A program made the position numbers and the translations under genes. A model generated the notes under the pieces. The model was not told the origin of the DNA, ran no database searches, and was given only the letters and a program-made list of their open reading frames with translations. A stretch of DNA of 60,472 nucleotides, counting the filler, from Sphacelaria rigidula (taxonomy: Eukaryota): the NCBI GenBank assembly GCA_964200075.2. It is 10 parts of 10 records of this genome, joined end to end, with 100 filler letters (N's around TTAATTAATTAA, not from the genome) between each part and the next. Parts side by side here need not be neighbours in the genome. Positions count along the whole stretch, not along the records: positions 12,117 to 18,073 come from CAXNAA020023220.1; positions 18,174 to 24,130 come from CAXNAA020023221.1; 8 more parts are not named here. The stretch is one strand, 5' to 3'. Below, one piece after another: positions 12,593-24,230 of this stretch; position 1 is the first letter of the stretch, and every line of letters starts with the position of its first letter.

Positions 12593-12708
12593 ACCCTGGA
12601 TACAGTAATGACAATGTATGGTCAATAGTTGCAATAGACAATAATGCACTGCGTGAAGTATAGGTCTATTGCAACTATTGACCACATATGGTCATTATCC
12701 AGGGGGTG
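12593..12708. mobile_element. Hairpin MITE with CACCCTGGA...TCCAGGG termini (related copies ~9231-9368, ~58306-58480)
   Basis: Internal inverted GGTCAATAGTTGCAATAGAC / GTCTATTGCAACTATTGACC, shared with the 58306-58480 copy. Confidence 0.75.
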
Positions 12709-12865
12709 AAAAATACCTACATTGTGACGACAACGGACGCCATCAAAATTGAATGGGGGCGCTGTACACGACCTGTTATAACACGCAGAGGAGAGGAAGA
12801 CCATTATATAGAGTAACAGCCACAAGACGGGCGGGTAGAAACTGGAAAGAGTAAGTTCGACGTAC

Positions 12866-12949
12866 CCGGAGCTGTTGCCTCGTGAGATCTGCATTGAACG
12901 CACGAACGAGGATGTCGCCGCCGTATCCATCCTCGAAAACTTCGTCGAC
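12866..12949 (-). CDS. Candidate internal exon of a Ulp1/SENP SUMO protease
   Basis: cag|VDEVFEDGYGGDILVRAFNADLTRQQLR|gtacgt, 84 nt, phase 0-0; resembles the segment just before WLNDEVIN in C48 peptidases; catalytic exons not found on this contig. Confidence 0.45.
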
Positions 12950-13020
12950 CTGCACACGGAGATCGAGCATCGAGTGCGGTTTCATGACGTCAGAATCGAG
13001 TGCGAAATAAAATGTATGAA

Positions 13021-13218
13021 GAGCACAAATATAGGGTACCAAGAGCACACAAAAGGTACGGAGAGCACAAAAAAGGTACGGCGAGCACAAAACAAGGAAC
13101 GGAGAGCACGAAAAGATACCGAGAGCATAAAAAGGTAGCGAGAGCACAAAAAAGGTACCAAGGGCATGAAACAAGGTACCGAGAACACAAAAAAGGTACT
13201 GAGCACAAAAGATGTCGA
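13021..13218. repeat. Minisatellite, ~10 copies of a ~20-bp unit GAGCACAAAAAAGGTACCGA
   Basis: Direct tandem units visible; explains several spurious ORFs. Confidence 0.9.
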
Positions 13219-13714
13219 GATCAACGCTTCTAGGTCACATCTCGCCAAAACGTACGTCGAATCCAGGGCAAGTCAAGATGCGAATAATGATTTGCATTAA
13301 ACTCACTTCTCTCAGAACGAAGAAATAAATAGCTTGAAGTATGACACCTAGGCGACAAGGACATTACCTATGCCACACTGGTCGCAAGAGCTACGAGTGG
13401 GCGTTTTATTCTCGTATCCGGTGACAATACAAGTGAAAATTTTCAAGTTACTCCGGAAACGAAGGCGGGCAAGTTGAACCAAACCAACTCACTTTCAAGG
13501 CAGCACAGAGGTAGTGAAACGATGACTACCCATGTGCTTTACAGTTGTCGCTACTGCTACTGAACCCCTTGAGCGAACTGAACCCCCATGATTTTCTTTT
13601 CTATTCAGATTTTTTTCCCGTCGACGGTTCCGCGGGTTTTCAGAGGATGATTATTGAAGGCATGAATTGACGCTGAATGGACATGGGCAGTTGGGAGCAG
13701 TGACACGAAACTAC

Positions 13715-13788
13715 TCAACAGCAGCAGCGACAGCAGCAGCAACAGCAACAGTGACAGCAGCAGCAGCAACAGTGACAACAGCAGCAGA
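13715..13788. repeat. (CAG/CAA)n microsatellite
   Basis: Visible imperfect triplet run; other SSRs: (TG)n ~7393-7420, (AT)n ~8820-8855, (TGT)n ~11420-11463, (TTA)n ~60320-60400. Confidence 0.9.
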
Positions 13789-16700
13789 ACTTCGTCATGC
13801 TTGAAGGAAAAGGGTGCACCCCTCGTTCGAGATTAGAGATAGGGTTAGAGTTACGGACAAAGTGCGATCACCGCTATGCTGTTTCGCTGTACTGCGATGG
13901 CACTATGCGGCTGGTCGTGGCTCATACCACGCACGAATAACTGCTGCATGACACGTGATATACGCGTGGCGACATACATTTCAGCGCAGGCGCTTTCTCT
14001 TTATCAAAAATAGTCATTCCGAATCTCCTGCAGGATCCCGTCGTGTATTACAGCGTCCAACAAAGAGCACGGGCATTCAACCATTTGACCGCCAGGGTAG
14101 GGGCCTCCGCTGAATCGGTACCATTTTTACTTCAAAATGGGTGTCAGACCAAGAAGGCCCATCTAACCGCCAAAGGGAAGGGTTCGGTACTCGTCGCACG
14201 CCATCTACATCGACCACGGTGTCTCAGATGATACCATGCTTGAAGGCAAGCGCGATGCTACCCAAAAGGATCACTACCGTTGTGTGGACATGCATTATGA
14301 GTAAGTAGGGCTCGTCCATAGCTTGCCCCGTATTGAGAGTCATCCGACAAACAACAAGGAGGTATTCAGTTCACTGAGACCGCCTCTAACAACTAAAAAA
14401 AAAGACACCAGCTCTGGGGAAAATACTTTTTTGTGACCCTCCGGCGATATTTTCCGTCGGAGACTGCCACCTCGCTAGAACTTGCTCTACTATTGGGGAG
14501 GTTTCCAGCACACTCCCGTGTTTTCCGTTACACGTAGTTCGACCTTAAAGCAAATTCACGATTTACAGCGCTCATCACCCAAAAAAGCCAAATGCGCGAA
14601 AGCATTGAAATGTACATATATTGTGATCTTTAGTCTGCTTGTCCAGGCAGTGGCTTAAACAGGTCCAAAGTCAAAATGCAACCATCGGAAAACGCGACGG
14701 GATCCCGTGAACTTCTCCAAGAGTAGAGCAAGGTGTCATAATCCACGGTGCCACAACCCGCCTTGGTCCTCATCTAGAGAGGAAAACGGCGCTGAAGGGC
14801 CAGAAAGTGCTTCTCCCAGATGTAGGTATATATATATATATATATATATGATCCGGTCACAAGAAGCGGCTTGAAGATCCAAATATTTCCTCGACTACGG
14901 GCCACGAGCTGCGCATTTTCTTCCCGAATCGTGAGACCTATGATCCACACCACGAAACATTGCGGGAACTGACCGCGAAGAAAACAAACCAAAGAAATGA
15001 GGTGAACATTATAGGTTGAAGAGTAAAAAATGCAACAAACAAACAAAAAAAACGAGGAAAACAAAAAAGAAACACAGAAATAAGCAACTGTACTTACTCA
15101 TGCATCAAAGAGTGTTTTGGGTACGGAAAAGAGGATATTTTTTTGCGATTTCTCGTCCAACCACTGAGACTGACTGGCGCCACGACGCTACAGCGCGAAA
15201 AAGCGCCAAGGACGAGTCGGGTGGGCATAATAACAAACGCGATAAACGTCAGTTCTCTCGCATCAAGTAATGTCCACTTGTTTCGACATTTTCGAGACAC
15301 GAAGCAGATCTAGGTATTTTCAGTAGGGCTGTATAACGGTAACAACAAACATGATGTGTGTCGGAGATCGGCGAAGCCGATACAACGTTTTTTTTCGATA
15401 TATGTGCCCATATCTCAAGGACATATCTTACACAAATCGCAAAAATATCGGTGAGCGCAGCAAGCAGGCCGCCGGGGGCAGGGAAAATGGCGCATCACCG
15501 CTTAATTTCTCATAAAAAAAGGCCCAAGCTGTATTAATACCCCCTCCCCAAGCTCTTGGTCGAACGATCACTGTCGGTGCGAATTTTTCCATGTCCGGTA
15601 CAACATATCACAAGTCGGACCGCTCATGAGCTGCCTGAATATTACTTGTTATTAGTGTACTGACTCGGATCATGAGCTAGCTCATTTGGCCCTCTAATTT
15701 CGCCCCCATATTTGCTCACTACAGCGATATTACGGCGAGCACGCGGAATAGCGCGAAACTAGCGCTGCGGCTTCCATGGCTCCGCGGTTACGTATTTTTA
15801 TCTTTTCGGACAACGGATCTGAGAATATTCTTCGATTAGATATTTCGGGTACTTCATGAGCTGTCAGACGTGTGCAAGATATGTATATATCGACCTACAA
15901 AACCCTGCTTTTTGAACAATGCCACAAAATGTGCAACCCAACCCAAAGGTCGACACAAGTTTGTTTGTTTTTCCTCCCCTCTCTTTACACACTTTCAACC
16001 CTCCCCTTTCCCAAGACGACTCCGACTCTGTGGTCTGAGGGAATCCAGCCCATCTATCGCTCCCCCGGTGCACGCCCTACATTTTGGTATCATGTGGGAT
16101 TGGATCATGACAGCACTCTCGCACTGCGTGGCATCTCGTCAAACTCCCATGGCTACCCATGTCTTCATGTTTCGAGCGACAGAAACCTGACACTTTCCAG
16201 TACAAAAAAAACAAAAACGAATTTGTCTGCCGGGAATCGACCCGCATCCTTCCGACCTAATACAAGAGTTTATCTTTCGACCTAATACCACACTTAATCA
16301 ATTGTGTTATTCAGACCACCTTGGTGCATTGAGACATGCCTACCAATAAATTCCGTAATTGAAGCGACCGCTCTGGCGTGAAGTCATGGGTACAATAGTC
16401 ATCCACCATCTTACTCTCTGCTGCACCACATCCGCAAGCGTTTTCGGTAGCGCATTTCTGATCTTTGGGTCGGAGAGAAATGTTGTAACTGTTCAAGTTT
16501 CACGAGCGTTTCAGCATACGACGGCGCGTATGAACCGCACTGAGGAAGGCGAGATTTTGCCGCGTTTGCCACTGCCGGTCAACCCGGTGCCTCAGATGGT
16601 AACTTCAAAATATTTTCACGGTTGGGACGTGGGTTCGAATCTCGGTGAAGTCACGCAATGTGGGATTTCTTTCCGACACCATATGTGCATCATGTAACTA

Positions 16701-17724
16701 CGGCTGGATCCCTGCAGGATCAGTTAAAATGCGACAATCAATCGAAATTAATTCATCATTCAAAATCAATCATGCCAGAAGCGAGTATGTCGTGGGTACA
16801 CAAAATTCGACCTCACGGTCGACGAGGGAAAGGGACTGCTCAACCCTCCTTGCGAGGAAAAATAAGGCGAGCACCACAAGTGGAGTACTAAAAACAATAA
16901 AAACAAAAAAACTCCTGCGATGACCTTCCGCCGGTGTGACCCCGGCTGATGCGCTCGCACATACCGAAAGGTATAGACTGACGTTCAGAATAAATGGGAC
17001 GACAACACACACCACTTGAAAATGAGTAGATGGTCTCGACTCGTGGACGTTTGCTGATCTCGGGTTGTGTCCCGACTACCGAACACTTCAGCATGCTGCC
17101 GCTAAGTTCCACAGTCGTCAATTTCAAACCCCCATCTCACGGGAACGGGTGCGATTTTGAAATATATATATATCATACACTAAATTTTTTGTCGTGTTCC
17201 AGGCTTCCCGGTAGAAGTGGCTCTACGTGCTGATTCGGAAGCCTCGGCTCTAAAACAATTTTCAAACGCAGACATTCTTTTGGGGACACGCCCCTGACGA
17301 TTACTGTGCCACGAGCGCATCATGTACTGATTGACGGTAATGAAACACGTACATCACTGTACGGCTATACCACATCTCCAAGGATATCAACCAAACTCTT
17401 CGTCGTCGTCATGCGCACATGATAGCATGCCTTCACACGTTTCATCGTTCATGTTTCCGCAACGTGGTACATTTACGGGACATTAACGGACTGTTAACAG
17501 AAGAAAAAAAAAGAGTACTAACAGCGAAAAAGAACGGCGTCACGCATCGTGTACCTAGAACTATGAATCTATTTCGCAGCTGCTGCTGATGCTGAAATAC
17601 CAATTTGCTTGCCATCCTCCACCATCACCTCTTACATTTTTTTCAACCATCGCATCAGCCCTTTCATCTGGACTCGCTATCGAAATATAAAAATATTTCC
17701 GGGTACCCATGGAAAAGAAATATC

Positions 17725-18073
17725 AGGGATGTGTACGGAGGACAATCCGCTCCGCGGTGCGGATTTTTTTTTCGAAACCTCACGGAGCGGAGCGGATATC
17801 CGTATGTGTGGAAAATCACGGATTATGACGGTGCGGATATCCGCCACTGAAAATGTCACGGTGCGGTGCGGATTTTTTTAATATGGTACGGAGCGGAGCG
17901 GAGCGGATATCCGTCAGTGGGAAAACTCACGGATTTTCACGGGGCGGATATCCGCCAATGAAAATGTCACGGATTATTGCGGAGCGGATATCCGTGGCAT
18001 GGATTTTTTCACGGAGCGGATTGCCCCCCTCCGTGGAACAATCCGCACAAACCGCGGCAATTCCCCGCGGTGC
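17725..18073. repeat. Repeat with periodic CGGATATCCG palindromes (probable subterminal array of a DNA transposon), truncated by contig end
   Basis: GCGGATATCC at 17792, 17833, 17903, 17944, 17984 plus many CACGGA half-sites. Confidence 0.7.
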
Positions 18074-18760
18074 NNNNNNNNNNNNNNNNNNNNNNNNNNN
18101 NNNNNNNNNNNNNNNNNTTAATTAATTAANNNNNNNNNNNNNNNNNNNNNNNNNNNNNNNNNNNNNNNNNNNNTTTCAGGGGTGTGGCCCCACTTATAAA
18201 CACTTTTTCCGGTGGAACCCACCCCCCCCCCCCCCCCCCCCCTCCCCACCTCTATCGTAACATGGCTCTTAGATGCTTGGCTGCCTCCGCTGCTGCCAAA
18301 CAAGATTGCCCCCAGAATGTATGGCAGGTATGCCTAGTTTTTATACACCTCGGCTCTCACTGCCATGCGCCACGTAGTGTACGTGATGGGTCATTGATCG
18401 GCGTTTGTCGAACTGAAATCAGACACGGTGAAAATCCACTCTCACAAAACACACTCACACACACTCACGCGCGCATTGGAGTGTGACACCCAACTCACAC
18501 AAGTCTCAACATACCGCCTCAAATCCTGGTTCCTTGAATGCCACACTACAGCAGAACAAGCCAGTAACGATCTTGATGTCTACATTTAACCCCCCCCCCC
18601 CCCCCCCCCTCCCCTTCACTCCTTCACTCCCTCCTTACCCGAGCCCAAACGGCAAAGCAGTGTGACGGAAAAGCGAAGGCAAGCAAGCCACTCTGCCTCC
18701 CACAATCGCTTCCCCACTTTTTCGTTCCTCGTGACCGACCACTTAACGTGCATCCGACAG

Positions 18761-19393
18761 GTGCTCGAACTCGTGGGCCATATCCTGCCTTCGGCGCTGA
18801 GCGACCTGTCCCATGCGATGGCGCGAGCTTGCAACGCCTTTTCCCCCCGGCTACCGCCGCCGCTGACGGCTGCCGCTGACGGCAGCTCGGAGGTGACTGC
18901 GCCGGCGGCGGCGGTAGAGCATGGTGACCGCGAACTCCTATCGAGCGGTAACAGAGGAGGTGACGGCAATGGTGACAGCGGCACCGCCTACCGAAAAACT
19001 GCGGCCGGCAGTGGCGGGAAGGAAGTGGAGGCGCGCAACGATGACGATATAGCTGGTGATGACGATCGTAGCGAGGGAAGGAGTGGCCGCTCGACTGAGA
19101 GTGGCGGCCGGGACTTGTTCCGTGCGGTTTTCTCCGTCGACCCCACCACGTCTCACCTAAACGCCGCGCTCAGCGCCTTGCGTGCCTCGTCGACGGCAGC
19201 ACCGGCGGTGGCTGCTGCGGGAGAATCGACGCCGATTGTTCCGGTTCGGGGTAACTATTGTTCCGAAACGAGGGCGAGGGAAGTGCTGCTGCCGGCGGCG
19301 GCGGCGGCAGCTGCGCAGCGTTGGCGGGGCGATGGTGCTACTGTAGTGTTTGATGTTTGCTCTGCGGAACCTTTGATGACGGCACTCGTCTAA
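18761..19393 (+). CDS. Terminal exon of an unidentified protein-coding gene
   Basis: cag| acceptor at 18760; GC-rich, Ala/Gly-rich 210-codon frame VLELVGHILPSAL...AEPLMTALV*; followed by GT-rich UTR-like sequence; no family recognised. Confidence 0.6.
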   Translation: MLELVGHILPSALSDLSHAMARACNAFSPRLPPPLTAAADGSSEVTAPAAAVEHGDRELLSSGNRGGDGNGDSGTAYRKTAAGSGGKEVEARNDDDIAGDDDRSEGRSGRSTESGGRDLFRAVFSVDPTTSHLNAALSALRASSTAAPAVAAAGESTPIVPVRGNYCSETRAREVLLPAAAAAAAQRWRGDGATVVFDVCSAEPLMTALV

Positions 19394-21339
19394 GCCCCTT
19401 TTTGTGCCGTTATCATAGCGGTGTACAGGTTCGATACACGACGTGTTTTATTTTATTGTTGCACGAAAGTGCACTTGTTGTGTGAGTGTGACGAGCGGCC
19501 GTTTTTGACGTGTAACTTGGTTGCCTTTTGGTGTGACGGTGATCGATTTAGGGAGATTCTGTTTTTTCTCCTTTTTTCCCCCCCCTTTTTTTCAAGAGTC
19601 TACCGTCCCGCAGTGTATGTACTACTGTTGCGTGTCTCGGAAGTGTGTACGGGTCGTGCTTATACTGTTTCCGGTTTATCGTGCGTGGCCGTTTGCCTGT
19701 CCATGTCGCTCTTTGTGTGATGACTTTCTTGTAGCTGGGGCGGGCCTGTTGGTGCCTCCGTGCCAAACACTGACGATATAGTCTTCCATTTTTTGTGACT
19801 GCACGGTATCGCCATAAATCGTGGGTACCTATCAAGATCTAATCTGCCTGCACGAGGAGGGAACAGAGGGGTAGAGAACAGGCTAGAAAAGCTTCACTTC
19901 TTGGGGGATGGCCGTGAAGCACATCCCCCCCAGAAAAGGAGACAGCTAACCTTGCCATTTTAGCGGGTCATCGGGTGTTTTTTTAGATGAGGTAAAACAG
20001 CGGTGGTGGCGTTTGTTTGTGTCGCCGAATTAATATATTATGGATGGTTTAATTCAGACGTGCGGCAGGATGCTAATAATAGTAATGTCAATATGAGTCA
20101 TGCGGCAGAAAGTGAAGATGTTAAGAGTTCCACCGCACGAATAGAAAGTTTTTGGTACGATTGGGCGCGAAACTTGAAGCGAAATATCTGCCAGAGCACG
20201 AGGGCTGGTACCCACAATCCCTCGGAGCGCCTACAAAGGCTTAGTCGCCCGGAAAATGCCCCCAGGAGCGAGGTGGGGGGGATATTTCGCAGGCGACTGC
20301 TGTTACTATCCGATAGAAAAAAATGGCCGTCGCATGAGCACCAAGCACGGCCTGGGCTGCACAGCAACCCAACAGCATTTCTGCTGAAACTCCGCAGGAG
20401 CCAGACCCACCAAGTGGTGGTGGTGGTGCAAACCCGAAATGAGCTTAAGCACGGTAGGATGCCGACACATTTCGACAAGGCCGCAATACGGGAGTGACGA
20501 CACACGACATGAATTTGGAGCTGCTTGACTCAGGAAATAGTTTTCTGGCAGTGCCTGCTAGGGTGGTGAAACATGAGCGATGGTGCGTCGCTGTCTGTTT
20601 GCCGCTACACCACCGTGCCCTCACTGCTAGAGCGAGTTACAGTGAAAGGGCAGGTAGACAGTGCAGATAAAAACATGTCGACCGTGCTCAGCGCACAGCG
20701 AGGACAACAGCCCCAGTAATAATAACGAAGAAGCTCAAACCAGTCCTAGCTACGTTTTTTGACAACCCTGCCACCTCTTGGCACCCCTGTCGCAAATAAA
20801 CGACGCCCCTCCAGCTACTACTAGACGTTTGACGCACAATTACGCACTTCTGCAGCGCAGGGAACATTAAAAAAACACAGCGCAACCTTCCCTGACCGTC
20901 TGCTCTCGTGTGAAGGGGGGCTGTCAAGAGAGTTTCGGAAGCGCGTTTTTGTTTTTGTCGGCGTTATCTTTGTCAGCGTCGGATATAATATCTCACAAAG
21001 TAGAGACTTTCGAAAATTCCTCCAACAATACGCACATGTGCTAAAGTCATTATTATATTGCTAAGAGAACTAATGATAGCATTTTCGCCGCACTGAGAGA
21101 GAGTGTAGCTTTTGATTGAGAGTCAGCTTTCTTTAAGGGAACCGCGTTGTTTCATGTGTTCCTGATGTACGAAATACCGACATTTCTAAATGTCAGGTGT
21201 AGTGACGCCGATTCAACACATCACTTCTGCCCCACCGGGGAGAAGGGTTGGTTCGAATGACATTACGGAACGTGTAGATATAGATATTGAATCGTTAGCT
21301 GTGTACAGGCGATAGGAGGGAACGGTCCCTTTTGCTTAA

Positions 21340-21891
21340 CCCTTTTGTAATCCATTGACGATTTCTATTGTTGTAAATCGGCATCATTTTAGTCATTTTC
21401 ATGTCAAAATGATGCCGATTCACAAAAAACAGTGGATTCTCGAAAATAGGGTTGGAAAAAAAATGAGGTTCAACTCAAAAGCCGTGCTTTCCCCGACCTG
21501 AACTCATGACAAATGACTTTCATATATGGACCACCCCATCCCTCCCGACCTCCCTAAAACTATTTCGAAGGATTTATAGCCTTCCGTTCCCCCAAAGGGT
21601 ATGTGCGAAGAGACGATTTGGAGGGGACAAAAAACATCCTATTTTCACCCCGAAATCGAGGCAAACATAACAGTGTTTTCGCACACACCCCTTGGGGGAA
21701 TGGAAGGCTAGAAATCCCCCGAAATAGTTTTAGGGAGGTCGAGGGGGATGGGGTGGTCCATATGTAAGTCATTTGTCATGAATTTAGGTCAGGGAAAGCA
21801 CGGCTGTTGAGTTGAACCTCCTTTTTTTGTTTTTCAACCCCATTTTCGAGAACCCACTGTTGAAAAGAATCGTCAGCGTGTTCCGAAAGGG
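21340..21891. mobile_element. TTAA-type (piggyBac-like) MITE interrupted by a foldback element
   Basis: TTAA|CCCTT...AAGGG|TCAA termini; internal AATCGGCATC / GATGCCGATT motifs shared with 22068-22373. Confidence 0.65.
21430..21859. mobile_element. 430-bp foldback MITE, CAGTGG...CCACTG termini
   Basis: ~180-bp arms are near-perfect inverted repeats. Confidence 0.85.
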
Positions 21892-22067
21892 TCAACTAAC
21901 GATGCAAGAAGGGGAACGGAGGTATCAACCATCAAAGCTTCCTCTCATGAAATGCGCCGCGGTACATTGAGCAGGCTGTTATGAGAACACGTTGCACATG
22001 CATAATGCCATGCATTCCAAATGTTCTCCCGATTATTTATGCGTTACATGCTGGTGTAGGTTATCAA

Positions 22068-22373
22068 CCCTTTGACCGCAAAGGTCACCGGCTGAATCGG
22101 CATCAATTTCACTTGAAAAATATTTTGTGTTCCAGATGGACTACAGTATCCGCATCGCGGTCCAAGCTTTAACCCTTACACCGCGAGATTAGTCTTTCTG
22201 TATCATGCATACTTTTTTTCACTTGAAATTGATGCCGATTCAACAGAATACTAACCTCACCATCTAAGGGTTAACCCTTAGACCGCATCATAGTATTTCT
22301 GGATCATGCATACTTGTTTTTTCACTTGAAATCGATGCTGATTCAACAGAGGAGTAACCTCGCGGTCTAAGGG
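22068..22373. mobile_element. Three ~100-bp piggyBac-like MITEs chained through shared TTAA sites (further copies 22462+, ~33346-33447, partial at ends of contigs 5 and 7)
   Basis: Units 22068-22168 (inverted), 22173-22270, 22275-22373; CCCTT...AAGGG termini (unit 1 right end degenerate); TTAA at 22169, 22271, 22374. Confidence 0.85.
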
Positions 22374-23184
22374 TTAAGCCGTTGCGATTTCAAAGAATCG
22401 TAGCTCGGCGTTTCTTTGCGGTCGGGTTCTAAATTCAACGACTATCTCTTCGAAATGTTAACCCTTTGACCGCTAGGTCTGGAAATTGGAAATCGGATTC
22501 ACGAAGAACATTTTCGAGTGAAAATGATGCCGATTCCACAAACGAACGGCTAGACGCTCACTCTCGATCCAGAGCTGCATTCTGATTTTGGCGAGAAAAT
22601 TTGTAGCTTCAGATTGATGCTACGGTAGGGGTGCACAAATATTTTCTGAGGTGAGAACTGTTAGGAGCCCTTGATTTCGTGCAAAACACCACTTACTTCT
22701 AAAAATATGCGAGAGTTGGGTGATTAATTGCATCTTCAAGGACGGGGAGAAACAGGATGGAACGGGAGGACGAGGGGTAAGGTTTCCATGCTTCGTTCCC
22801 GGTCTGACCTTAGGAGAGGGGGGAGGGGATGTTTGGTTGCACAGAAAATGGAGGCACGAACGTGATACACGACCTGACACACTAGCAATGAGCTTCTCTA
22901 TAGGAGTGGAAACAAACGGTGTCATGTGGTTCGGAAACAATAGTACACTTCCTCTGTCTCATAAGCCTGGGAACTTACGGACTTTTAATTGTTCGCGTAT
23001 GCACACTATTCCGATCATACTATATTTGGATTCGTTGGAAAGATGAAGCGCCAACGAAGCTGATGCAAAAAAAGAAAAGAAAAAAAGTTAGTTGTCCATA
23101 CTAAAATGAAGTCAAAATATGCCCATTTTGGCCCTTTTTTAAAAAAAGTTTTGAGAACACTAACCGACACTTTTTTTTACCCCG

Positions 23185-23625
23185 CAAGTCTCTTGGTTTC
23201 AGTGTGGTTCCCCCAAGTGTATTGGTTTTATTTTGGAACCCCCAATTGTATTGGTTTTAGTGTGGGGTCAATATTATACTGGTTTTAGTATAGGAGGAAG
23301 CGACATGGATACGCGGGGGGTTGGGATAGGGCCCTACTAGTGTTTGGTTTGCCCCGCGCAAGTGTCTTGGTTTTATTGTGGACCCACCAAATGTATTGAT
23401 TTTAGTGTGCGACCCCCAAGTGTCTTGGTTTTAGTATAGGTTCAATATTATACTGGTTTTAGTATAGGGGGAAGCGATATGGATACGTGGGGGTTGGGAT
23501 AGGGCCCCACCGGTGTTTGGTTTGCCCCGCACGTGTCTTGGCTTTAGTGTGGAACCCCCAAGTGTCTTGTTTTTAGTGTGGGTTCACTATTATACTGGTT
23601 CTAGTATGGGGAGACGCGACATGGG
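23185..23625. repeat. Minisatellite (~22-24-bp TTGGTTTTAGTGTGG..CCCCAAGTGT units) with ~175-bp higher-order duplication
   Basis: Tandem units visible; ATATTATACTGGTTTTAGTATAGG block recurs at ~23271, ~23445 and degenerately at ~23588. Confidence 0.85.
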
Positions 23626-24078
23626 TCTTCGAGTAGCGAGGGGCTAGATTTAGGGTTAGGGATAATTCTTGGGGGTTTCTAATTTTATTTTCCATAGTGC
23701 CCCCATCCTCCCCCCCCTCTAGAAAGGGGTCAAATACGGCCATTTTCGGCCTGACTACATTTTTGTTAGCCGCTAGCCCATGCAGGGTAGTGCGCAAGAA
23801 TAGATAAAAAAAAATGCGCTTCAACCCCAAAAACGCTCAAGTTTCGAAAAAGTTATCGCCGAAGACTTCCGAGACCGTTAACGGTCTCTCCCAACATAAG
23901 TTCCCAGACTTTTGAGGCAGAGAGAAGTATACATATATATATATATTGACAATGAGAGCATACACTGGAAATTTCTGCTCGCGGCGAAATATATATATTC
24001 AGCGCGCCCCCACCCCTCATCGTGCCGTCTTTGTAGAGATGCGACGTCAACGATAATATATATGACTACGGCATGTAA

Positions 24079-24130
24079 ACAGCCAATCATCTATGTTGAG
24101 GATGGTGCTTTTGATTGAGGATGAGAGCCC
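24079..24130 (+). repeat. High-copy repeat at contig end (near-identical at 42249-42301)
   Basis: ACAGCCAATCATCTATGTTGAGGATGGTGCTTTTGATTGAGGATGAGA ends both contigs 4 and 7. Confidence 0.85.
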
Positions 24131-24230
24131 NNNNNNNNNNNNNNNNNNNNNNNNNNNNNNNNNNNNNNNNNNNNTTAATTAATTAANNNNNNNNNNNNNN
24201 NNNNNNNNNNNNNNNNNNNNNNNNNNNNNN

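Noticed and set aside
12373..12594. Continuation of the SUMO protease gene
   Set aside because: No WLNDEVIN or catalytic His/Asp/Cys motifs and no clear splice sites
12982..13248. Several overlapping ORFs
   Set aside because: Products of the 20-bp minisatellite
16585..16652. Functional tRNA genes (also 7785-7860, 16225-16292, 35877-35950)
   Set aside because: A/B-box-like motifs only; acceptor and anticodon stems do not pair, so SINE-like relics
20003..20497. 164-aa ORF as a gene
   Set aside because: No recognisable motif or splice signals, and ORFs of similar length overlap it on the opposite strand
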